A stretch of DNA of 63,408 bases, counting the filler, from Corallochytrium limacisporum Hawaii (taxonomy: Eukaryota > Protista > Pluriformea), in assembly GCA_002811645.1 (NCBI GenBank). It is 4 parts of 4 records of this genome, joined end to end, with 100 filler letters (N's around TTAATTAATTAA, not from the genome) between each part and the next. Parts side by side here need not be neighbours in the genome. Positions count along the whole stretch, not along the records: positions 40,906 to 61,104 come from PDIP01000067.1; 3 more parts are not named here. One strand, 5' to 3'. This document shows, piece after piece, positions 43,901 through 54,700 of the stretch. The notes beneath the pieces were generated by a model. The model did not search any database. It was not told where the DNA came from and saw nothing but the letters and a program-made list of their open reading frames with translations. The position numbers and the translations under genes are program-made. Position 1 is the first letter of the stretch. Every line of letters starts with the position of its first letter.

Positions 43901-46900
43901 ACTGTGGCGGCGGTCTAGGAAATGCTCTGCCGGCGGCTCTTAATATCATCTCCCACACGTTTGATGGCGGGGGCCACCAACCCCATGTGGGATTAAGGGA
44001 AGAGGCGAAGTGGCAGGTGGGCCGACCCGCGCGAGACCACAACTGCGCTGTTGATCAAAACACAGTGAAGCAATTCTGGATGTTTCTCCAAACTGACAAG
44101 TTTCGTCTGTCCGGGGTCATTTTGTGTGCTTCATTTTGTGTGCTTCGCTGTGCAACCATGATCCTATCTTTAGCAACCGTTAACCCCCCGTCAGCCTGGG
44201 CCTGTCTGCCTGATTGCACCTATCATATGTTTTTGAGTACTTTTCTATGGTACGGGCAACGGAAAAGATCGGCCACCTTGGCGAGTATCGGAAAATTCAT
44301 CTGGCCCAGGCAATAATGTGAAGTATGCTCCAAGATGGGACCTAAGTTCGGTTTTTCTGAAATAGAAAATGGACTCCCTCTCGGTCGCCAAAATAGTAGC
44401 AGTAGTGCACAACCATGTGTGCACTCCGTGCCCAGTCCTCTTTAGTTGAGTTCTTTGGAGACAACTCTCGTGGCTCATCTCATCGAATGTAACGTGGAAG
44501 TACGGATGGGGGACCCATTCATGTGGTGCATTACGTGCGGGCACTGTGCGTGTGAGATCGCCTCTGTGTTCGTCAAAACAAGTTACAACCGCACCGTGGC
44601 CAGGAATCACAGATGCCCTGACATGTAAACATTGTTAAATAACCGGCGCTAATTACTTTTCGATATGAGAGGAAGAACTAGTGGAACGCGATCGGTATAC
44701 AGTCCGAATCAAAAAAAAGGTCGCCACATGTTGTCTATACTAGTTTGGCCATCTACATCGGATTGCATCCAGCCGCGCATCCTCGACCAGGCAACCACGA
44801 CGGTCGGCCACCAGAAGGGTCGTCCACAGGGTAAAGCATGCCAAACTGTACGATGTTGGGCTCCTAATGGAAAGGTTAATATTAAGGCAGGAATGATCGC
44901 AAGAGCGTGGATCCCACACTCACACTAGAGCAGCCGTAGATCCTTGTTTGGACATCATCGTTTGAGGCTGCCTTGAACATCAGCAGTTTCTTTCATGAAC
45001 GTGTTGGGCAGTGTCTGCAATGCATTCGTCTCAGGCATGCCGGAGCAGTCACCACCCGTCGAATGTCTCCCTGTCAATCCTTGGGCACCTCATGCAATGC
45101 GGCTTCTCAGAACAGAATTAACAAGATTTTAGCCATGAGGGAGAGAAACCCGATGTTTGTGCTCAGAGTGTTCACTTGTACCCGGCCCGTAGAATAGCAA
45201 AACACCCCGTCTCAGACGGGTCCTATTCCATTTGGGTTCATCTCGTACCAAGAAGAAAAATACTTCGTGGCGCCCGCGACTAAATTTGGACAAGGGGTCG
45301 AAGACGAAGACCCGACGATGTGGAGAGGGACAAAGAAAGATGAACAATGGCGGGGCCATCCACTCTCTGCAGCTGTTGTCCTCAAGACGAGTATCCATTG
45401 AACTAGAGTGCCACCAGCTACCGCTGACAACGTGCAGACACACCGAAAGAGGAGAGAGAGAGTGTGTGTGAGCCTCAACACCTGTTCACCTTTGCCATTA
45501 TGTTTCTCAGCCGCAGTGTGCGTCTCGTTAAGGCTTGCTTGCTTCACAACTTGGTGAGGGCGAGAGGCATGTCAGGATGCACAAGCAACAGAAATGTCGG
45601 ATAGAGATAAATGGCACCGGACTGTGACGTGCCTCTGAGCACAATGAGGATGTCCTTGTGGATGTCCGTGAGTTAGATCTCGAACTAGCGATGGCAAGAT
45701 AGCCCATCGGGTTGATTTCTGGATCGTTGTACAGCACGCAACATACACCCGCATTGAGTATCGCCATGTAAGCTCATTGTCCAATCGAAGGGCGGTGGTG
45801 ACGCAATCGAAGTATCAGCCTGCCTTCCCCTGTTTGTTGTGACCCATTGAGGACTCAAAGATCTCTCCTTGGGGGAGAGATCCTGCTCGCTGCCACCAGC
45901 CATTGGGACATCCAAGACATACGTCCCTGGTGGATACATTAGAGAGCGGCTTAGCCGTTTTCCTCCCGGATGATGACAAACGCCGAGCATCCTCCCGTTG
46001 GATAGCTTTTGCTCCTTGTCACATTATGGGGCATGATCCCAAGAAACGCAATGAACCGCGAGGTATCCATCACAGCAAAGCGATGACGAAGGCCGGCTTT
46101 GATCATCACGCTCGCTGCAAGACGAGGGGGCCTATTTATCATCCACCTTCTATCGTATCCAAAAAAGGACTCCCAGAAGTATATAATTTAATGATTTTAT
46201 AATATTAGGGGTTCAGTTAATATCTTGGCCCCCCCTCTTACCGGGCCTCTATTTTTTGTCCCCTTCTCTCCCCTCCGTGCGGCCCCTGCCCCTGCCCCTG
46301 CCCCCGCTGGCTGCTGGCTGGCTTGGTCAGTTTTGGTGGCCGAGTCACACAACGGTCGGTACATTCAGTACGCTACAAACCGTGAACACACACACTGTGG
46401 CCACATCGGCTCAGGAACAGGAAGAAGTAAATTGGGGCTTACATTGCCACAGCAAAAAAATTGCTAGAACATTGGGCATAACAAATGCAATTTTCGAATA
46501 CAAGAAGCCATGCATGGGAGGTATAGTGTTGGCCGGCTCGGTAGGAGCCATGCCGCTGTGGTTGGGTGGTGGTGCCCGGTGGGTGGAGGGGCGGGGGAGA
46601 CAAAGGATGATGTTATTATGGTGGACTCCCCGGGGGATTTCAAACAAAACGCGGGACGAAACAGCGAGTCAGATCGAGCGTCAGGGTTTCCGGGCCACTT
46701 TGTAGTATCTTAGGGGTTTTGGCTGCGTTTTGAATTGTTTACGGAGAGTGGTCCGGTGCGGTGGTATTTGGAGACCATGATGGTCTGCAGCAGCAGCTAA
46801 GCCAGATGGGTCACTGCAGAAAGTATGAGAACCTGGTACTGGTGAACTGATCACAGAGCCCAGAACTTTATGGGGCTGCTTCGGGGCGTATTGTATGCAA

Positions 46901-46987
46901 GGACGAGCAACCATGTAGTAGTGGAATGTAGATAAAGAACAAACGGAACTTAATCTTAAAACACAGATATAGCAGAAAGTGTTTACC

Positions 46988-47443
46988 ATGGGCAACTATT
47001 GGAGTGACAATAAAGAAGAGGAACCTCAAGCCTCAGCATCATCACGAAAGACATCGTCCAAGCCGAAGCCTTCTCCCAGTTCCGCAGATCTGAAGCCCAA
47101 CCCCAATATCTTGCGGCCAGCGGACTTTGTATGGCATAGGCGGTCGAGCATGGTCATGGACGAAGATGGCGACATGGCCCACGAGTTCTTTAACGAACAG
47201 GTCGTGGTGGACGTATCCCACAAAAAGCCCAAAGGACCTGGCGCCAAGAACAAGAAGAAGGGCAAGAAGGTTGAGACCCGCAAAGTTGTCATGAAGAAGC
47301 GAGACGATTCAACTCTTAGACCCGTCGGTATGGTGGAGATGTCCCATCCCTCAATCAGGCAAGGTGTGCCCGTTGTCTTGCTGGATCAAGATCAGCTGCG
47401 ATCGGTACACAATTCACCTGTGCCCCCCAGGAAGAGGAAGTAG
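46988..47443 (+). CDS. TUSC2: TUSC2/Fus1-family protein
   Basis: MGxxxS myristoylation start; FVWHRRSSMVMDEDGDMAHEFFNE signature; LRPVG.V...HP.I....PVVL. Confidence 0.85.
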   Translation: MGNYWSDNKEEEPQASASSRKTSSKPKPSPSSADLKPNPNILRPADFVWHRRSSMVMDEDGDMAHEFFNEQVVVDVSHKKPKGPGAKNKKKGKKVETRKVVMKKRDDSTLRPVGMVEMSHPSIRQGVPVVLLDQDQLRSVHNSPVPPRKRK

Positions 47444-47763
47444 AGGGTTCCATCGGGAATCAACAAGCATCCTATCGTCCACATAGACACAAGACTTGTA
47501 AAGTAGTTTCACAGATTGTAACGCTCACATAAACATACAAATATGCACAAAATCACAAATGCAGAGGAGCAGATCGGTCACACATTAGATGTAGGGAAAG
47601 TAATAAGATGATTTTAATTATCTACATGCCAATATGGATGGGAAATGAAAAGGCTCCTGTGCTACGTACCACCGTTAAACAGCGGACCAAAAAACAACAA
47701 AGATCTCTAGACATTTCAAACGAGTAAAGAACGATGACCAAGTACTTTGCCAAGCAATAAAAC

Positions 47764-49422
47764 TTACTCGTCGGCCATGGCGGCGGCCATGCGGCGGGCG
47801 AAGGCAGCCTTCTTCTGCGTGACAGTGTTCTTGCGCTGCTGCAGAGACTTCTTGGTGGCATTGTAACGCTTGTACTGGGCTGCCGCCTTACCACTGCTCT
47901 TGAAGGAGGGATCGGCCCGGATGGCCTCGTGGGCCTTGGTGTAGATACCCTCGAGACTGTCACCCTCAATGCCGTTCTTGATGTACTGGCTGAAGACCTT
48001 CTGGTACTTCTCGGGCTCCTCTTCCTTGAGCATGTTCATGTAGTCGCTGACGTGGCCACCGAAGATCAGCTTCTTGTGGAACTCGGCGTCGTACTCCTTG
48101 GACTCGGGGTCGTAGCCAGGGAAGCGCTTCTCGGAGTGAGGCACCTCCAGACCGCCATCAGCGGCACCCTTGAGCACACCGAAGAGGCGAGCACCGGTGG
48201 TGGTGCGCTTCAGACCAACGTCCAGGAAGGCCTGGAAGGGAGCGGGGCCATCAAAGTCGGGCTCGACAGAGAAGTACTCACCGTTGACCTCCTCAGTGCC
48301 AGTGTAGGTGTCAGCCAGACCGACCTTCTGGAGAAGACGACGGGCCAGCAGCAGACCAACACAGTAGGCTGCGGCGTAGTTAGTCAGACCGACCTTGACG
48401 CCATAGCGGGGCAGCTCGTGGGCATAAGCGCAGGCAACCACAACATCACCGACAATCTTGGAGTAGATGACCTGGGCAGTGATGTCCTTGTTTGAGAAAC
48501 GGACGACCAGACGGTACTTGGGGGAGTTGTACTTGTTCTTGTCCTGGATAATCAGGGCACGGCGCTGGCTGTAGTCAGTCTTGCCCTCTGTAGAATTGAA
48601 CAAAAAGAAAAGTGAGATAAAGTAAGGTATGTTAGTAAGAATGGTCCCAAGAAAATAAGACAGATTAAAGGAGAATAGAAAGGAGATGGTCATTGAGTAA
48701 ACAAGAATCTCAGAAACCCTCTGCGAGCCGAGCCCACAGATCATATGCTCAAGGAGGTGTGCGCGACGCCCAACGTATCCAGCACGAAACGACATGTCTA
48801 GGACATTATGGTCAAAAGGTATGCAATCTCAGCGTCATGTTGTCATTTCTCTCAATGCCGTATTGAACCACGAAACACCCAAGTGAATGATCAAGAACTG
48901 ACCAAACACCATCATCTACGACCAGGAACGATCGAAGTGTTTTCTGTAGGGTCAATGAAGCGCGCATCAGATAGGAGCGAAAGATGACGGATAGTCTTTC
49001 GTCATGGATATAATCGGACGAACTATGCCAATACCGGATTATCATCACATGAACACTCCACATAAACCCTATAGGCGCTAAACATTATGATCACCACGAT
49101 GGCTGAATGTAGTTCAAGCGAAGCACTGAGAGCGAAGGACAGCGATAACAAATTTCACATGTACGCCTTCAAACCCATAATCCCGACACGATTCTGTACT
49201 TTCCCGGTGCTTGCGTCACACACTAACCCCCCTGAGTATACTTATGCTTATGCCCTATGGGTCAGACCACAATACAGGTTTCATATTTGGCTAATGGTCC
49301 CGAGACTGTGCACCCAATGATCTTCCTAAAACGAGAGAGAAATACTTACGGCGGCGACGGCGGTACTTGACCTGGTAACGCTTGAAGTAAGCGCGGTCCT
49401 TGATGGCCTTAACGAACGGCAT
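47764..49422 (-). CDS. RPL5: 60S ribosomal protein L5 (uL18); exons 49422-49350 and 48587-47764, 298 aa
   Basis: Exon 1 [24 protein letters not shown] splices to (Q)[22 protein letters not shown]; 73+824 nt = 897 nt, in frame. Confidence 0.96.
48588..49349 (-). other. 762-nt spliceosomal intron of RPL5
   Basis: GTAAGT donor at 49349, TACTAAC branch point at 48637-48631, pyrimidine tract, CAG acceptor at 48588. Confidence 0.93.
48964..49052 (-). ncRNA. Intronic box C/D snoRNA, double guide, snR60/SNORD80-like
   Basis: Box C GTGATGA (49048-49042); guide GGCATAGTTC + D' CCGA; C' ATGACGA; guide TCTTTCGCTCCTAT + box D CTGA (48970-48967). Guides are complementary to conserved LSU rRNA GAACUAUGCC and AUAGGGGCGAAAGA. 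Confidence 0.85.
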
Positions 49423-49662
49423 GATTGATAATTATGAAAATTCGTAGTATAGACTAAGAGGACAATATCCCTGCCACTACAAAAATGTATGTAACTAGAC
49501 TATGAGATCTTGAGATAGGTCTGTAGATCGAGGTCATGAAATAGCCACGTTCTATATCTGCATGTGACCATTGTAACTATCACGGGTGGCACCAACTTCG
49601 ATAGAAAGCCTACCGTACCATATGCCATCGACACAGAACTTGTATCGCACACACACAAACCA

Positions 49663-49696
<34 letters not shown>

Positions 49697-50798
49697 AGGG
49701 TCGACCCCGCACACGAGCCATCGCTGTACTTTGGCCGAATGGCTCCCGGTTCCGTGTGTATAGCGGCCACCCGACCCACACGCAGGCCACGGAGCCTCCT
49801 CCACCCAAGCACTCTGGCACGGTGGGCCTCTACCTTCGGGCCGGACCCCTCTATCCCTCTCTCTGAAAGGCCATCTCCAAAAGAATGAACCCCCCTACCT
49901 GATGGGTGACTTTGGTACTGAATGAACTGATACAATACCGATAATCTGGCAATGCGGAAGTAATTGTAGGATTTTCAAATTTAACACACAAATAAACACA
50001 CAATTTCAAAATTGATATGTTTTTTCGACATTTTTTGTGTAAAAAATATACAAATTTTGGGAAATTTTGGCGGCTCGAAAATTTCACATTTTCCATACTC
50101 GGGATACAGCGGTGGAGAGTAGTCTCCCTCGCTGTACTTAAAGAGCGCATGCTGCTGCTGTTCTATAGTGAATGTACCGGACCTGGAAGGGCCAGGCAGT
50201 GCGAACAAGGACCGACCCACAAAAAAAAGCCCCCCAATTTTGAAAGAAAATTGCAACAAAAAAAAAGAAAAAGAAGAATAAAAGGGCAGTGAGAAAAAAG
50301 GGGGGAAGGAGCACCAAACGCGGGGCAGGGAGGTAGAGAGGGGGAGAGAGACAAAGTGCGGTGTTAGCGAACGCAGGCCAGCGAGAAAAAGGGCCGTGCA
50401 CCGAACGGCCGAACCAAAAAAGAGAAAAAAAGTAAAAAAAATTGAGAAAAGGACCAAGAGAAACCGAACCGTACCAGGTGCCAAGGCTAGGGGCAAGAAA
50501 GAGCTCTTTGGTGTGTGGGGGGGGGGGGGGGGAAGAAGAGTTTGTTTCGGGGACAGGCAGCAGCAGTGAGAGTGTGAGCGGAGGGGCCACAAATGGTGAG
50601 ACGGCGAAACGTGTTTTGTGTGTTCTTGTGCCACTGGGACCGTTCTCATACCAAGGATGGTGGTATTATTATGATATGGTTGCTTCACATATGATCATGA
50701 ACTGCTATTTGAGATAAACAGAATCACCTGAATAGAATATCCTGGTCGATGGTTGTCTAACGGCATAGTTCATATTTCGTATCCATAACAATTTAATC
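49423..50798. promoter_or_regulatory. Divergent promoter region shared by RPL5 and RPL14
   Basis: Head-to-head ribosomal protein genes about 1.4 kb apart; AT-rich core; two TCGCTGTAC and two RTASTGAATG motifs. Confidence 0.55.
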
Positions 50799-51215
50799 AT
50801 GGTGTACAATCGGTTTATTGAGCTCGGACGGGTTGTCCTGCTCCGCAAGCGCGACGCCAAGAAGGGTGAAGCAAACAACGCTATCGCTGTCGTCATTGAT
50901 GTGATCGACCACACTCGCTGTGTCGTACACGGACCCACCACTGGTGTGCCCCGCCAGACAGTGAACTACAATGACATTATGGTCACCGATCTGGTTGTGG
51001 AGGATGTCACTCGTGGTGTCCGCACCAAGGCCCTGACCAAGCGCATTGAGGCTGCCGATATGGTCGCCAAGTGGGAGAAGACTGCTTGGGCTAAGAAGCT
51101 GGCCAAGCGTGCCTCTCGCCAGAACATGAGCGACTTCGACCGCTTCAAAGTTATGGTGCAGCGCAAGAAGCGCTCTTACATTGTCGGACGGGAGGTGCGC
51201 AAGCTGCGCAAGTAA
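50799..51215 (+). CDS. RPL14: 60S ribosomal protein L14 (eL14)
   Basis: RFIELGRVV, AVVIDVIDHTR..VHGP..GVPRQ, WAKKL, MSDFDRFKVM. Confidence 0.96.
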   Translation: MVYNRFIELGRVVLLRKRDAKKGEANNAIAVVIDVIDHTRCVVHGPTTGVPRQTVNYNDIMVTDLVVEDVTRGVRTKALTKRIEAADMVAKWEKTAWAKKLAKRASRQNMSDFDRFKVMVQRKKRSYIVGREVRKLRK

Positions 51216-51724
51216 ATCAACATGTTAACAACCTATGGGATTCAAAAACACACAACCACATCTTTATCAATTTCGTACTTAGTTCACAACAACTATCTTT
51301 CCATTTTTAATTCCCATGGGAGAAAGTTTTGATGCTTTTGGTCACGGAAGAAAGGACGGAATAGGGTGTGAACCATGGATCAGGATCATTAGTACTGGTG
51401 TGCGGGCACCCTTGCGTTTCTTCTCTTGGGCTTAGTATACTAAGCTTTGAGCTTTCACCCAAAATCCCAACGTGTATTTACAATTTCACCGCACAACACA
51501 TTTCATCTTTCCTTGGTCTGGTCATCCGCTGATAGACTCTGGTCTTTTTGATGCGGGGCCACCATGTGAAGAAAGAACCACAAACCTTCATAATTTCTCC
51601 TCTCTTTTTGCATAAATAATACATGAGCATAGTTTCAAACTCCTATTTTGACGTAGTAATCTCATATCTGAAACATTACTTCAGTTGTACTATGGTGTAT
51701 GTTGATCATCATCGTCTCCATTCC

Positions 51725-54700
51725 TTACACAATGCGAATGTCGCGAGCAGCAGGCTCTCTCACGTGCCTCGGATGCGAAGACGGCACCACAAATTCCAGT
51801 TCATCTTCTTCATCCAGGTTCTCAAGGTAAAGGAGGTAGCAGTCTTCCGAAGGCAGCTCTTCGTCGAGATCCACAAGCGCAAAGCCATCGCGCGTCAGCG
51901 TGGCCCACTGGTTGTTTTCCCAGGGATTCCGCAAGATTGTACGGTGTTCGCCTGACCCAGGCGGTCCCGAGTAGTTGACCATCGCGGCCAGACGATACCG
52001 TCCGCTGCTCTGGCACTGTCCAGGCGCCATAGAAGATGTCCTGTTGCTCCGGCGCTGGTGGTGAGCACCGCCACCGGAACTGTTGCGCTGGCTTGCCGCT
52101 CCGAGCAGCTGCGCACCTGAGCCACCGGGCATCATGCGGTCGTTCTCGTGGCTCGCGAACGAACTCACAACACCAACCGCACTGTCCCCAGAAATCTTCT
52201 CTATCATATAGGTCAGGTCAATATCGTCGGGGTCGAATAGAAGACCGAGGTCACTTTGGCGCATAAACTGCGGATCGAAGCGTTGCAGGGAGATCAACAG
52301 CTGCTGTGGAAGTCTGACAATGGAAGTGGCCGTTGTGATACCACCGGTCTCTCCACACGCTGTACAGCGTGCTTCGGCAAGATGGTGCGCCTGCAGTAGA
52401 ACAGCCAGACAATCTCCCAACCCGCAGACGAGGTTCTGTTCCATGTCAAGGGGGTCTGCAGGACCGGGGGACAGCCGTCCGCCTGGAGTTACGGTCGAGT
52501 AAATGAAGCTCGTCCTTCCCGTAGGTCCGAAGCCAGTGAACTCTGTGACTTCGGGGACACTAGCTTGTCCTTTTCCCGTGATTGACGCAGACTGAGTCCG
52601 CAGCGGATGATCTGGGTCAGCGACCCCGCCGCTGCCCGTCTCCCTGCCGCCGGCCGTGCTGCGGGCCCCTCCCTCGGACGACAGGGGCGCAGGTAACGCA
52701 CTGGTGCCGAAGGCTTGGCGTAGCAGACGCTGTCGCCCCGGCGCTGCACTGGCTGCCTTCTCCGAGTCTGGTTCACCACCGGTGTTCCGTAGAAGTCCAA
52801 TCGAAGCACGCCGGCTCCAGTCGCTGTCCAGCTGCTGATGATTAGGTCGCGACTCAGTGGCGGGTGTGCGAATGGCCTCGCTATTACCGGACATGAGTAG
52901 CTCTTCGTCAATGTCTTCCATTAGTGGCATCGGCACTGGTGGCAAGACGCCAGCGCCACCAATGTCAACAGTACTTGGTGTCACCGCACCGCGACGGGAG
53001 CTTTCGGGCACCATGCCTGCAACGGGAGCGTGTTTCTCACGCCGCAGCACCCGGGCAGCGCGGCCCTTATGCCCGTCAAGCGCGACTCGTCCCTTGCGAG
53101 CGCCGAAACGGTGAAACATTTTTTGCTTCCAACGCGACTTCAGCACCTCCTCCTGTGCTTGCTCCTGCGCCATCTTGTGCTTACGTTCGACAATACACCG
53201 TCCGGTGTAGCATGCCTGACATTCAGTGAAACGGTCGGGCCAACGGACAATAATGTGGAAGCCAGCCTGCTGCAGATCCTCACGGTCCATTTTTTCAAGA
53301 GTGGGGCGCATTTCCATCGGCGCCTCTGCATCACCGGCGGCAAATGTGCGTACGTGCATGGTGCACGTCGCCTGGGTCTCGTCCGGCGCTGTGCGTGGCT
53401 TACGAAGTCGGTACAACGCGGAACCACTTCGATTCTGCGAGCCATCACTCTGGACGGACGGTGAACGGACCGTTGAAGTCTCAGAATAGCCGCCCTCAGA
53501 CGAAGCAACGGACGAACGTCGGTGATGGCCATAGAAATTTCCCTGGCCTGTACCCCGGTGTCCACTGCTGGTGCTCAGTCGTGCATCCCCCTGGCGCTGA
53601 GAGGTGTTCTTGCTGCGCCGTCTACTGCGCTCGCCTCTCCGTGAAGGGCTCCCGCTCCGGGCTGCGCCACCGCCACGTCCTCGCTTCTTCTTAAAGCGAA
53701 CTTGCGTGCCAACGGCTTGACCGGCATGGCGGCATTGCGCAGAAGCCAGCATGGATCCTTTGTTGGTCGACCATGAAGTGGCACCGGTTGCACCCACTTG
53801 GTGGCCACCGCCTGATGCCGCGGCGTCCACGTTAATGTCTCGGTCGCGGTGCTGCTGACAGAGAACGCGAAAGCCGCTGAAGTAGTCCTCCACATCCTGC
53901 CGCAGCTTCTCCATCGTTGTGTCCGCATCATCCATGACCAGCATACCTGGAAGACCCCAATATGAGTCATGATCGGTGAAGGCGTCGGACGCTCGAGCGT
54001 GGAAGACCGGAATCAGTTGCTCTGGTCGGGCGTCCATACCCAAGGCCTGGCGGGCCTCCTGCATATTCACTGGCCGCCGCCCCGCGTCCCGGTGCGGATG
54101 CAAATGATCCTTGCTGGGAGTCTCATACTCGAACACACAGAAGCTGGCGTTATGGCCTGCCACTTCTAATGGACAGTGATCCTTGAGGATGAAACTGCCC
54201 TCCACCCATGCGAAGGTACTGCCGCGTAGCAAAGACACCTGCTGGCGCGCAGTTGCGAGACCGCTCACCTCATGAACCGCTTCCTTCAAGTGCAGAATGG
54301 TAGTTTGCTGCGGCACCGTCACCACCAACTCCTCTGGTGCCCACAGCGTCGCAGGGTCACGATAAAAGACCAGAACGACCAACTTCTCCAGTGTCAGGTT
54401 CGGAATAGTCAGATTCAGACCCACGGTGGGCTGGAACTCAGCCCTGGCATCGCCGCATTTCGCACAGATTGACCTGTGACACAGTTGAGCCATGTAGCGT
54501 TCTGTCAGCGGATTGGCCTTCAGGCGCACGAATTCACGCCACACGGCATCCGCCAGATCTCGCACACCTTGCGTGTTCATTCCTGCAATGTTGTAGCTGA
54601 TGCCGATGGGCAACGCAATTTTCAAGGCACCGGTGGGTGAATGAGTGACGAACGAGTTACCTGCTCGTAGGTTCGGCATATCAGGGGCCTTTCCATCGTT

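Noticed and set aside
48588-48795. N-terminal 69 aa of ORF 47764..48795
   Set aside because: Read-through into the RPL5 intron; the true N-terminus is exon 49422-49350
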